Shown piece by piece: positions 1-9,425 of a stretch of DNA of 64,000 nt. Below the pieces are notes generated by a model, which worked only from the letters and a program-made list of their open reading frames with translations, made no database searches and had not been told where the DNA came from. Each line of letters begins with the position of its first letter. The first letter of the stretch is position 1. A program made the position numbers and the translations under genes. The stretch is from Marispirochaeta sp. (GTDB lineage: Bacteria > Spirochaetota > Spirochaetia > JC444 > Marispirochaetaceae): the NCBI GenBank assembly GCA_963676835.2, contig CAXXFF010000001.1, forward strand, positions 224,001-288,000, in the 5' to 3' direction.

Positions 1-232
1 TAATCTCTTCAACATACGCAGGCTTAAGAGGTTCGGTGTAAATGGCATCCGCTATGCCGGGAGTGGTCATAACTGTAGCAGGATTGGGGTTAACCAGAAT
101 AACCCGGTACCCCTCTTCCTTGAGAGCCGCAACCGCCTGAGTTCCGGAATAGTCAAACTCACAGGCCTGACCGATAACAATGGGTCCGGACCCGATAATC
201 ATTATGCTGGATAAATCTTTTCGTGCCGGCAT
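1..232 (-). CDS. carB: Carbamoyl-phosphate synthase large subunit, 5' part (runs off window)
   Basis: Manual translation from ATG at 232: [33 protein letters not shown]..., the canonical CarB N-terminus; starts 1 nt after the carA stop. Confidence 0.95.
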   Translation of the reverse strand, partial: MPARKDLSSIMIIGSGPIVIGQACEFDYSGTQAVAALKEEGYRVILVNPNPATVMTTPGIADAIYTEPLKPAYVEEI

Positions 233-233
233 A

Positions 234-1409
234 TTATGCTTCCCCCTCGCTGTCTTCTGCAAACCGCTTCATTTCGTCGTAGAAACGGCGGAAAATCCAG
301 AGGGAATCGAAAGGACCCGGCGCAGCTTCCGGATGGAACTGGGCTGTGTATATCCGTTTTTTCTCGTTGATAATTCCCTCAACGGTGTTGTCGTTGGCAT
401 TTCTGAACCATACGCTGGTTCCTTTCGGAAGAGTTGCCTCATCCACATCAAAGCCGTGGTTCTGGCTGGTTACTGCAACTTTTTTGGTGATCTCATCCCG
501 TACAGGGTTATTACAGCCGTGGTGGCCGAACTTCATCTTCCGGGTTTTTGCTCCCAGGGCACTGGCAATTACCTGGTGCCCGAGGCAGATTCCGAAAAGG
601 GGCACATTGTCCACCATCTTCTTTATCTCTGCGATAAGCTCCTGAAGGGTAGCCGGGTCTCCGGGACCGTTGGAGTAGATTACTCCATGGGGCTTGTAGG
701 AGAGGATTTTTTCAGCACCTGCGGTGGAAGGAAGAAGAACTATTCGTATACCGAACTTCTTCATCTCTTCCAGAATATTCCCCTTGGTACCGCAGTCAAT
801 GGCGACCAGTGTCAGGTCTCCATCGGTCAGGATATCTTCCTCTCCAGTCATACCAACCTGGGGTATAATGTTCCGGCCTTCCATGGAGGGAAAGCTTTTC
901 AGGTATTCAAGAACCTTCTTCTCTTCTTCACCGCTCAGAGCAACTCCGTCAGCGGGTTTTACGATAACACCGTTCCGGCTCCCCTTATCCCTCAGGTGAA
1001 GGGTAAGTTTACGTGTATCAATACCGCTTATGCCGGGAGTATTGTATTTTTTCATAAACTCGGAGAGGCTCAGACGACCCGGAGGGACCGGTCCGTCGTA
1101 ATACTCCCGAACCACAAATCCCTGGGCCTTAACCCGGGGAAGCAGCCTGTCTTCGGGGCCATTTTCCGACCATGCATCATCTGTACCGTAATTTCCCATA
1201 TGAGGATAGGTCATGGCAACAATCTGGCCTGTATAGGACGGATCGGTGAGTATTTCATGATATCCGGTCATTCCGGTATTAAAAACAACTTCACCAATAC
1301 CTTTTGAGAACTCAACCAGGTCTTTTAATTCGTCAGCACCACAGGGAGCGGCACCAAAGGAATCGCCGGTGAAGATTGTTCCATCGTCAAGAACGAGGAT
1401 ACAGCGCAT
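234..1409 (-). CDS. carA: Carbamoyl-phosphate synthase small subunit
   Basis: [26 protein letters not shown] and QFHPE motifs; start taken at [10 protein letters not shown] (ATG 1409, GGAGGG RBS) rather than ORF start 1457. Confidence 0.97.
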   Translation of the reverse strand: MRCILVLDDGTIFTGDSFGAAPCGADELKDLVEFSKGIGEVVFNTGMTGYHEILTDPSYTGQIVAMTYPHMGNYGTDDAWSENGPEDRLLPRVKAQGFVVREYYDGPVPPGRLSLSEFMKKYNTPGISGIDTRKLTLHLRDKGSRNGVIVKPADGVALSGEEEKKVLEYLKSFPSMEGRNIIPQVGMTGEEDILTDGDLTLVAIDCGTKGNILEEMKKFGIRIVLLPSTAGAEKILSYKPHGVIYSNGPGDPATLQELIAEIKKMVDNVPLFGICLGHQVIASALGAKTRKMKFGHHGCNNPVRDEITKKVAVTSQNHGFDVDEATLPKGTSVWFRNANDNTVEGIINEKKRIYTAQFHPEAAPGPFDSLWIFRRFYDEMKRFAEDSEGEA

Positions 1410-1429
1410 AATCCCCTCCAGTTGTATAT

Positions 1430-1468
1430 TTTTTCGTTTTATGCATAACAATTGCATAAATATACAGT
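1430..1468. promoter_or_regulatory. Candidate tandem ARG boxes (ArgR operator) upstream of carAB
   Basis: attgcataaatatacagt (1451-1468) fits the ARG-box pattern TGxATAWWWATxCA; a weaker second box (1430-1447) lies 3 bp away, the classical spacing. Confidence 0.5.
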
Positions 1469-1478
1469 CGTAGTTTAT

Positions 1479-1501
1479 AAAAAAGCCGGCTTAAAGCCGG
1501 C
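1479..1501 (-). terminator. Intrinsic terminator after the tRNA pair
   Basis: Minus strand GCCGGCT-TTA-AGCCGGC followed by T6. Confidence 0.75.
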
Positions 1502-1508
1502 CGTGCGT

Positions 1509-1580
1509 TAGTCCCTAGGGGAATCGAACCCCTCTTTGAAGAATGAGAATCTCCTGTCCTAGCCGATAGACGAAGGGACC
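1509..1580 (-). tRNA. tRNA-Glu (CTC), CCA not encoded
   Basis: Minus strand GGTCCCT...GGAGA-TT-CTC-AT-TCTTC...GGTTCGATTCC...AGGGACT-A folds into a cloverleaf. Confidence 0.95.
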
Positions 1581-1587
1581 GTGAATA

Positions 1588-1658
1588 CAGCCCGAGAAGG
1601 ATTTGAACCCTCACAAACAGAACCAGAATCTGTCGTGCTACCGTTACACCATCGGGCT
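1588..1658 (-). tRNA. tRNA-Gln (CTG), CCA not encoded
   Basis: Minus strand AGCCCGA-TG-GTG...CAC-G-ACAGA-TT-CTG-GT-TCTGT...GAGGG-TTCAAAT-CCTTC-TCGGGCT-G cloverleaf. Confidence 0.95.
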
Positions 1659-1678
1659 TCGCTCGTATCTTGGGCGAA

Positions 1679-1707
1679 AAATTACTATATTCGCTGTTTA
1701 GTGTCAA
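1679..1707 (-). promoter_or_regulatory. Sigma70-like promoter for the tRNA-Gln/Glu pair
   Basis: TTGACA (1707-1702), 17 bp spacer, TAATTT. Confidence 0.5.
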
Positions 1708-1709
1708 TA

Positions 1710-2288
1710 CTATTCGCTCTGATAATCTACAAGGGTTGTAACCCTGCAGTCAGTGAGCTTTTTACTGTAATTCAGAAAGGGAAGCCCCACTACCCCAAAG
1801 AGGTCTGTTACGGTGCCGCCGGCCTTTTTAACCAGAGAAACCGCACCGGACAGGGTGCCTCCGGTGGCAATAAGATCATCAACCAGTAGAATGCGTCCCC
1901 CTTCGGGAACATCCGCTTTATGGATATGCAGCTCATCCTCCCCATACTCTAGAGTTATGCTTTCGCTTATAGTCTCCCCGGGAAGCTTTCCGGCCTTACG
2001 GATCAGCAGCAGGGGGATCTTCTTCCGAATAGCATACGGGGAAGCAAAAACAAACCCTCTGGCCTCAATAGCTGCCACGGCATCGAACTCTACGTCCCGG
2101 TATATTTCATCCATGGTATCAATCACCAGGGTAAAAGCTTCCGGATCAGAAAGTATGCTGGTAATATCATAAAACAGTATTCCCGGCTTGGGAAAATCTT
2201 CCACCCTGCGTATTACTGCATCAAGTTTTTCGGCTACCTTTTTATACGGGCTGTTTTGCTGACTGTTTTTCTGCATGTCATTCTCCAT
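1710..2288 (-). CDS. apt: Adenine phosphoribosyltransferase
   Basis: DFPKPGILFYDIT, EARGF, IRKAGKLPG and PRPP loop LVDDLIATGGT. Confidence 0.97.
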   Translation of the reverse strand: MENDMQKNSQQNSPYKKVAEKLDAVIRRVEDFPKPGILFYDITSILSDPEAFTLVIDTMDEIYRDVEFDAVAAIEARGFVFASPYAIRKKIPLLLIRKAGKLPGETISESITLEYGEDELHIHKADVPEGGRILLVDDLIATGGTLSGAVSLVKKAGGTVTDLFGVVGLPFLNYSKKLTDCRVTTLVDYQSE

Positions 2289-2514
2289 GAATGCCTCCCT
2301 GAATTGGATCGAGACTGCTTCAATTTTTTATACATTCTTCAATTTCACCGTTTTACTATTACTGTACAACCGTTATACAACAGCTTTGGTAAGGGATCAA
2401 GTTTCCCTGCTTAAAGCTCTACTTAATACTTATAACCCGGACGAGGGTGACAACCTTGTCAAAAAGACCCGGATATAGTTATACTCTGCCCCCTCTTTAG
2501 CCCTTATCCGCTGA

Positions 2515-2542
2515 TTGACTAAATTCTTCAGGATGATATAAT
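2515..2542 (+). promoter_or_regulatory. Sigma70-like promoter for the TPR-greA-vWA cluster
   Basis: TTGACT, 16 bp spacer, TATAAT with an extended TG. Confidence 0.6.
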
Positions 2543-2552
2543 AAACGGATAA

Positions 2553-3500
2553 ATGGACAGCAACATCAAGCACCGCTCCGGAGAGTTAAAAGAGTTGCTT
2601 TCCGTTGCTTACGACTATACCAGGAACGGGACCTTTCAGGAGGCCGAAGCCAGCCTCGAAAGAGCATTAAAAGCTGATTTTGAAGATGGCGAGGTTATTT
2701 CATCACTGAAATGTGTGCATTTCTGGAAAGAACGGTTCAGCCGTCTTGAAGATCTGGGGAACTCCCTGGAACAGGGGGATTTTCTCCTGAGAGAATGGAA
2801 GGCGTTTCAGCAGTTCCTCAAGCGGGTACCTGAAACTGTTGACGAATGTCTGTATGCCCTCAGGCATTCTGTTTTTTCAACAGCCTTTAAATCCTTCGAA
2901 ACATTCGGAAGAGAAACCGACGGCAACGACCCCGAGCTGCACTACCGTCTGGGGTTCTGTCTGAAAGGAACCGGCGATTATCAGCATGCCGTGGATTATC
3001 TTGAGCAGGCTTCAAGCCGCGACCGGGAGAATGCCGGATATCTTGCGGAACTGGCCGACTGTTACGCATTTTTGAATGAGGTTCGTATCTCTAAAGTCTT
3101 CTTCAGGGAGGCTTTTTATATTGATCCACAGGGCATAGATCTTTCCCATCTTGAGTCTCTGCTCATACGGCGCCTCATAGATGAGATTTCAGGTATGGAT
3201 TTTACTCCGGAACTCGTTAAAGAGTGGATTCCGGTGTACGGTGTTATATATGGCGTTTTCTCAGTCAAACGGGAGCTCAGACCGCTTGAGCTGGGAAAAC
3301 TTCGGCAAAGCATTTATGCTTTGGAAAAGCAGGTTGGGGAAAACCCGGAGGGTAAGGTAATTATTCCACGGTTGATAAACCGCTACTTCTGGCTTATAGA
3401 CCACTATGTAGCTATCAAGGATTCCCGAACAAAAATAGATGAACTACTGGGCAAAATTAAAATACTAGACCAGCAAGTCTACGAACTATATGCTAACTAG
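2553..3500 (+). CDS. TPR-repeat protein upstream of greA
   Basis: TPR-like helices (ELHYRLGFCLKGTGDYQHAVDYLEQA; YLAELADCYAFL); 15 bp from greA. Confidence 0.8.
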   Translation: MDSNIKHRSGELKELLSVAYDYTRNGTFQEAEASLERALKADFEDGEVISSLKCVHFWKERFSRLEDLGNSLEQGDFLLREWKAFQQFLKRVPETVDECLYALRHSVFSTAFKSFETFGRETDGNDPELHYRLGFCLKGTGDYQHAVDYLEQASSRDRENAGYLAELADCYAFLNEVRISKVFFREAFYIDPQGIDLSHLESLLIRRLIDEISGMDFTPELVKEWIPVYGVIYGVFSVKRELRPLELGKLRQSIYALEKQVGENPEGKVIIPRLINRYFWLIDHYVAIKDSRTKIDELLGKIKILDQQVYELYAN

Positions 3501-3515
3501 AATGGAGTCAGAAAG

Positions 3516-6209
3516 ATGTCTACCCAAAGCGTGAAAGCTGTAAGCGAGCTGTTGAACGAGGAAAAATGGACCCGTGCAACTCTCAACAGTTACGGTATTA
3601 ACAATTTTCAGGAGCTTGATGCAGTTATCGCGGATATAATTGACGACGGCAGTGAGGAGGAGGTCCGGGAGATTTGCGACGATCACCTGAAACATACCAA
3701 GAACAGTATCATCGCCCTCTATATTGCCGGGATTCTCGCTCTCAGACGCCAGCTGGTAGATGACACCAACCTGGTAATGATCATAAACATCTTTACGGAC
3801 AACCGGAAATGGAACATTGTTGAATACCTCTGTAAGCGCATTCTTGAGTACGGAGAAAACAAATTTGCTCTGCGCACACTGGCAGACTGTTATGACAACA
3901 AGAACGAAGATGAAAACAAAATAGAAATCTGGGAACGGCTGATCAAGGTTGATTACGAAGAAGCGGATATCGTACGTCAGCTCGCGGAAGTTCAGGAAGA
4001 AGATAAAAACATAGATGGAGCGGTAGACTACTACAAAAAAGCGATTCACCGTTACATCAATAAAAAAATGTTTACCAACATCAAGGAAATCTGGGAGAAG
4101 CTGGTTGAATACTGCCCGGAAGAGACGGATTTCTTCTTCAATGTAGACAAGAAAATTGAAAAGCTTATTTCTCCCGAAAGGGCGTCACAGCTGCTTGAAG
4201 AGCTGTACACCTATTACAGAGAAGCTGAAAACTGGAATAAATCCATCGAAATCCTTAAAAGGATCCTGGATTACGATCCGAAAAATGTCTGGGCACGGAA
4301 AGAGATCACCGAGTGCTACCGGAACAAGTTCAAGGAACACAGTCAGCTGGATGAGTACATCCGGGTTTCAAATCTTACCCAGAGCTGGCGTAACGTGCAT
4401 GATGCCATCTCCGACTTTGAAAAGCACATCTCCTTCGATGAAGGCAATTTTGTCTGCCATAGATCATGGGGTATCGGCCGAATCAAATCCATCAAGGGTG
4501 ATGATATCATCATCGATTTTACCCGCAAGCGTGGACACGGGATGTCTCTCAAAATGGCGGTAAACGCCCTCACCTCCCTTGCAAAAGACCATATCTGGGT
4601 ACTGAAGGTCACCAAGAAAAAGGATGAACTCAAAACACTGGTGAAGGAAGATCCATCCTGGGCTCTCCGGACAATCATAAAAAGCTTCGATAATGCTGCC
4701 AACATGAAGCAGATTAAAGCGGAACTTGTACCCGCGGTACTTACCGCCAGTGAATGGTCATCATGGAGCACCACTGCCCGGAAGAGACTGAAAGAGGACA
4801 CCTCTTTTGGAAACCTTCCCGACAAACTCGATGTATTCGTAGTTCGCGAAGTGCCTATCTCAATTGAAGAAAAAGCCTTCAACCGCTTCAAAGCGGTTAA
4901 AAATTTCTTTGGCAAAGTCGGAGCCCTTCGGGATTTTCTTGCAACAGCAAAGCCCGAATCTGAATACTTTTCCGAAATGTTCTCATACTTTGTCAATATT
5001 CTCAAAGCATACGCCAGTGTAAATGAACAGGTTATCGGAAGCTATCTCCTGGTTGAACAGGTTGTGCAGGATTTCCCTTACCTCAATCCGGGCCTCGGCC
5101 TTACCTTCGCTGACCTGATTGAAGAGATTGATGACATCATGGCTCTTTTTGCCAAAATCGATGACGCAGAAATTGCCAAAGGATTCCTTGCCGAGCTTAA
5201 AGCTCAGTCAGACTGGCCGGAGTACTACGTTAAGATTTTCCCCACAAGCCTCAGTAAATATATTATCGACGAACTTTATGCCCATGACCATGAAGACCTC
5301 GTGCAGACACTCTTCTCTGATATTATGGATAAATACCGTGATAACCGTGAAGCCTTTATCTGGCTTGCTAAATACTTCGACACCAATGAGAAGGTAGCCG
5401 GATACGGTATTGAATATGAGAAAATTCTCATCAATATGATCCATCTTGTTGATATTACCTTCCGGGAAATTAACAACCGCAGGGATGTGAGCAACAACCG
5501 TAAACTCAACCGCCAGGCGCAGAACTTCCTGTTCAAGGAGAAAAGACTGGAGGAATACCTGCTTAAAACAGACGAAGAGTCAATCCACAGGCTCATTACT
5601 CTGGTTCAGGATGTTAAGGACCTTGATCCGTCAATCCTCATTGAACTCAAGCACAAGATTGTTGAGCGTTTTCCCGACTTCAAGTTCTTCGGTGAACCTG
5701 CATCTGCCGCAGCAACAACCAAGATCAAAATCAAGGGTCTTATTGTTACTCCCGAAAGCTACCAGCGCAAACAGGAAGAGCTCCGCCACATTATCGATGT
5801 GGAAATCCCGGAAAACTCACGGGAAATCGGTGCGGCCATCGACCTTGGAGACCTCAGGGAAAATGCGGAATACAAGGCAGGAAAAGAAAAGCAGGAACTG
5901 CTTAACATGGCAGTGGGCCGGCTGAAAGACGATCTTGATAAAGCACAGATTTTTGACAGAAAGCAGACCGATGTTTCCAAGGTCTCATTCGGAACCAAGG
6001 TTGAACTGCTGAATAATAACAACAATAAAACCGAAACATATTCAATTTACGGTCCCTGGGAATCCGACCCCAACCAGAGTGTTATCTCCTATCAGTCTCC
6101 CTTTGGAATGAAACTCTGGGGACTTAAACCGGAAGAAAATGCCGTGTTTGAAATTAACGAGAACAAATATAACTATACAGTTAAAAGTATTTCCAAAGGA
6201 GAAATTTAA
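3516..6209 (+). CDS. greA: Transcription elongation factor GreA, long spirochaetal form with a ~730-aa helical N-terminal extension
   Basis: C-terminal Gre domain with GDLRENAEY and VSFGTKV...GPWESDP...ISYQSPFG; 897 aa. Confidence 0.93.
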   Translation: MSTQSVKAVSELLNEEKWTRATLNSYGINNFQELDAVIADIIDDGSEEEVREICDDHLKHTKNSIIALYIAGILALRRQLVDDTNLVMIINIFTDNRKWNIVEYLCKRILEYGENKFALRTLADCYDNKNEDENKIEIWERLIKVDYEEADIVRQLAEVQEEDKNIDGAVDYYKKAIHRYINKKMFTNIKEIWEKLVEYCPEETDFFFNVDKKIEKLISPERASQLLEELYTYYREAENWNKSIEILKRILDYDPKNVWARKEITECYRNKFKEHSQLDEYIRVSNLTQSWRNVHDAISDFEKHISFDEGNFVCHRSWGIGRIKSIKGDDIIIDFTRKRGHGMSLKMAVNALTSLAKDHIWVLKVTKKKDELKTLVKEDPSWALRTIIKSFDNAANMKQIKAELVPAVLTASEWSSWSTTARKRLKEDTSFGNLPDKLDVFVVREVPISIEEKAFNRFKAVKNFFGKVGALRDFLATAKPESEYFSEMFSYFVNILKAYASVNEQVIGSYLLVEQVVQDFPYLNPGLGLTFADLIEEIDDIMALFAKIDDAEIAKGFLAELKAQSDWPEYYVKIFPTSLSKYIIDELYAHDHEDLVQTLFSDIMDKYRDNREAFIWLAKYFDTNEKVAGYGIEYEKILINMIHLVDITFREINNRRDVSNNRKLNRQAQNFLFKEKRLEEYLLKTDEESIHRLITLVQDVKDLDPSILIELKHKIVERFPDFKFFGEPASAAATTKIKIKGLIVTPESYQRKQEELRHIIDVEIPENSREIGAAIDLGDLRENAEYKAGKEKQELLNMAVGRLKDDLDKAQIFDRKQTDVSKVSFGTKVELLNNNNNKTETYSIYGPWESDPNQSVISYQSPFGMKLWGLKPEENAVFEINENKYNYTVKSISKGEI

Positions 6210-6215
6210 AAATTT

Positions 6216-8051
6216 ATGATTAAACGCTGTATTCTTTTTCTCCTCCTGCTTACTGCCGCTTTACCGGCAGTCGCGGAGGAGATGGATATGATCGTTCTGC
6301 TGGATGTCTCGGAAAGCATGTTTCCCTATTTCGACGACACCGTCAATTTTCTTTTAAAAGATATTGTAGACGAACATCTTGAGTACGGCGACGGATTTCA
6401 CCTGCTCAGTTTTTCCAGTGTACCGGAACAGGAAATTCACCGGCAGATTAAATCTGATCAGGATATTGAAGCATCTTTAGCAAGAATAATGCTGCTTCAC
6501 CCCCTGGGGAAATACACTGATCTTATCTCCGCCATGAACTATCTCTACGGTTATGTACGGGATCTTTCACTTTCAACAAGTAAGAATATTCTTATTCTCA
6601 CAGACGGCATTCACGACCCCCCTCCAGGCTCCGCCTTTCCTGCCAGCGGAGCTGATGCGAGGGAAAAAAACAGAACAGAGGCCATACGTATTGCACAGGA
6701 GCTGAAACGGGAAGGCTGGAAAGTGCGGCTCATCGAATTTCCGCGCACCAGTAAAACAGGGAGCACCACGTCTGGACTTGCATCAGATAATGGTAATACT
6801 TCTGCAAATACCACTGACACCGATGAAAGCAACGACCTCTACGGTCCTATTTCGGAAACCCTGGGTGTTGATGTTATTCCCTACCAGAAAGGAAACGGGA
6901 TCAGCCATACTGCCACAGGCGCCCCTTCCCTGGAGTTCCCGGATAATCTCGGCCGCGTAGGAACTGATTTCAGTGTACCTTTTACTATAACCAACTATCT
7001 TGATGAACCCATAATCATACACCTGGAAGAAATCAGAACCAGAGAGGGAAATATACTGATTGAGCCTCAACAGCTGAGGGTGGACCCTTCAAAAAAAGCG
7101 ACCCTCAATGCAAAGGTAAGCCTGAAAGGTTATGAAGATGGGGAATATGCCCTCGACACAGAACTGATTTTTTCTGACGATCTGCGTATTTTCCCAAGAA
7201 AAGGAGAACTCCGATTCGAACTCAGCCCATCCGGTATAGTACGGTTCAAGGTCCCTTTTCTTATAATAATTGCCATCATTGCCCTTATTCTCCTCCTTGT
7301 CTTTACCATTATTCCTTTGAGAAGACATATCGAATCCAATGCTGATGCTGATTCAACTGTTTTTGGACCCCGCCATCGGGATCGCAGGGATGATCAGGAA
7401 AAGCTTAACAGTTCTGATAAAACCCAGATCAAAGCTAATACAACTCTGCCGGTAACCCGCCGGGGAAAAGAATCATCGCCGTCAAAAACTGGAACAAAAT
7501 TTTCAACTGACGATCCTGGTACCGGCATCAACGGAGAACCTTCACCGGGAACACAGAAAAGCCCGGAATCTGAAGGTAAAGTCAGCCTGATGGATATTCA
7601 TCCAAAACATCAGGGAGGGAAAATTCCTCTCTCACAAATATCCACCATGCATCAATATGATTCCAATACGCCTGGTCTTGGTCACCGTCCCATCGAATTC
7701 AGACTTTCCGGACAAAACCCCAATAACAGCGGACGCAACATCCGCTGGGTAGGAAAACAGATCCGTTCTGTTGGAGGCGGTAATTCATTCTTCCTCGTGT
7801 TCCTCATAAAGGTACCGGAAAAAATTGCAGAAGTAGAGTTTACTGATCAGGGACTGCGTTTTGCACCTTTGCAGGGTGAGTATTTCCCGGAAATTTCAGG
7901 AAATATTGAAAACTGCATAGACAAGAGTATTCTTCTTCACACAGAACATGGCGACTTTACCATGATGTTCCGCGAATGGATAAGTCCTCTTGAACGGGTA
8001 AACCGTATCCTGCATCTGATTGACAGACCCGGGATGTCCGGTACTGACTAA
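6216..8051 (+). CDS. Membrane-anchored vWA-domain protein
   Basis: Signal peptide, MIDAS DVSES plus LTDG, beta-rich segment, TM helix (VPFLIIIAIIALILLLVFTII), low-complexity linker and a C-terminal domain. Confidence 0.8.
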   Translation: MIKRCILFLLLLTAALPAVAEEMDMIVLLDVSESMFPYFDDTVNFLLKDIVDEHLEYGDGFHLLSFSSVPEQEIHRQIKSDQDIEASLARIMLLHPLGKYTDLISAMNYLYGYVRDLSLSTSKNILILTDGIHDPPPGSAFPASGADAREKNRTEAIRIAQELKREGWKVRLIEFPRTSKTGSTTSGLASDNGNTSANTTDTDESNDLYGPISETLGVDVIPYQKGNGISHTATGAPSLEFPDNLGRVGTDFSVPFTITNYLDEPIIIHLEEIRTREGNILIEPQQLRVDPSKKATLNAKVSLKGYEDGEYALDTELIFSDDLRIFPRKGELRFELSPSGIVRFKVPFLIIIAIIALILLLVFTIIPLRRHIESNADADSTVFGPRHRDRRDDQEKLNSSDKTQIKANTTLPVTRRGKESSPSKTGTKFSTDDPGTGINGEPSPGTQKSPESEGKVSLMDIHPKHQGGKIPLSQISTMHQYDSNTPGLGHRPIEFRLSGQNPNNSGRNIRWVGKQIRSVGGGNSFFLVFLIKVPEKIAEVEFTDQGLRFAPLQGEYFPEISGNIENCIDKSILLHTEHGDFTMMFREWISPLERVNRILHLIDRPGMSGTD

Positions 8052-8072
8052 AGATTGGATAATAAGAAGGTG

Positions 8073-9425
8073 CTAAAGAGATTCGAGGACTTCTTCAGCC
8101 CTCTTTTTTACTGACTCCGCTGTTCTGGACTCACTCAATTCCTGCACCGTATCCTTAAGGGTAAAAAACACATTTTTCTCTATACCCTTAAGGGTCATCA
8201 GGATAACTGATACATCGTTGTAGGTTAGAAAGCGTTCAAAATAACCTTCCAGGCGATCATGCTCCTGTCTGGTCATAGCCTTTACCATTTCTATAAAAAG
8301 CTGTGACTTTTCTTTTTCCCATTCCTGTTCGATAATGGCATCTATCATGGAAAAACTTGATCCGAGATCATTATCTATCGCCACCTGCACAGATGCTGCC
8401 CTTAATGCCATTGAAAACGTTGTTGCCTCGGCTATCTCACGAACTGCATCAAATGCCTTGCCCCCGCCTATTTTTCCAAGAGCATTGACAGCTGTGAGGC
8501 GTATCTTCTCCTCCGGATCCCGTTTTGCCTTGTATATAAGAATATCCACAGCCTTGGACTCTTCCCTTTCTCCCAGGGTTTCTATGGCAGCCACTCTTAC
8601 ACGCCAGAAACTGTCTCTCAGGGCTTCTATAAGATCATCAAGGACCATATCTGCCGGAAACTCTTTCAGTGCCCGCACAGCATAAGTCCGCAGAATGGTA
8701 TCATCATCGTTCAATGCTTTTCTGATATGGGGCAGAACTGTTTCATCCGCATAGTTACCCAGAGCCTGACAGGCCCTCCAGCGGAAACTCTTTTCCTGAG
8801 TCTCATCTTCCAGTATATCCACAAGGAAATCGATACTCTCGGTATCCTTTAATGCCCCCAGGGTACTTAATGCAGCCGCGCGAACTGTCTGATTGGAGTC
8901 ACTGTCTTCATAGATATCTTTTACTATGGAAGTCTGTTCGGGACTGCCTATAACCCCAATCGTTTCCATCGCCTTTACTGCTACTGCACTGTTCTCATGG
9001 CGCAGATAGTCTTCCACAAGAGTGGCATCCTCTTTGCTTTCCTTTTTAATCAACACATCAAGGGCACTGATAATAAGCTTTTCATCAAGGGGGTATTCTT
9101 CAAGAATATTCTGCGCCACCGGCACAGGGTCAACCTCATCTGATTCGATGAGAAGATTTAAAGCAGCCTGCTGAAGATTGCCATTTCGTGAATTTTCCGC
9201 CAGCGCCAATACATCTGTGTCCAGGCTGTGTTCCCCTTCCTGCTTGAGACTGTTAAGAAGATTGATCACTTCACTGTCTATTCCATACCTGAGAACATCT
9301 CGCCTCGAATCGTTCTCATCAGAAACTGCACCCGACGTATCTGAGCTACCTGTTTCAGCCTGACCATATATGTTCAGGGGTAAAACCAGTATAAATGCAA
9401 TAGCTAAAACCGGAAAACCTCTCAC
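8073..9425 (-). CDS. Exported HEAT-repeat protein
   Basis: N-terminal signal peptide; repeated VRxAAxxALG HEAT/PBS-lyase-like motifs; GTG start overlaps the murJ stop. Confidence 0.85.
   Translation of the reverse strand: MRGFPVLAIAFILVLPLNIYGQAETGSSDTSGAVSDENDSRRDVLRYGIDSEVINLLNSLKQEGEHSLDTDVLALAENSRNGNLQQAALNLLIESDEVDPVPVAQNILEEYPLDEKLIISALDVLIKKESKEDATLVEDYLRHENSAVAVKAMETIGVIGSPEQTSIVKDIYEDSDSNQTVRAAALSTLGALKDTESIDFLVDILEDETQEKSFRWRACQALGNYADETVLPHIRKALNDDDTILRTYAVRALKEFPADMVLDDLIEALRDSFWRVRVAAIETLGEREESKAVDILIYKAKRDPEEKIRLTAVNALGKIGGGKAFDAVREIAEATTFSMALRAASVQVAIDNDLGSSFSMIDAIIEQEWEKEKSQLFIEMVKAMTRQEHDRLEGYFERFLTYNDVSVILMTLKGIEKNVFFTLKDTVQELSESRTAESVKKRAEEVLESL

Noticed and set aside
180..1307. 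375-aa plus-strand ORF
   Set aside because: Antisense shadow of carA, with no recognisable motifs.
1387..1889. Short ORFs 1387-1707 (-) and 1581-1889 (+)
   Set aside because: They overlap the two tRNA genes and apt, so they are spurious.
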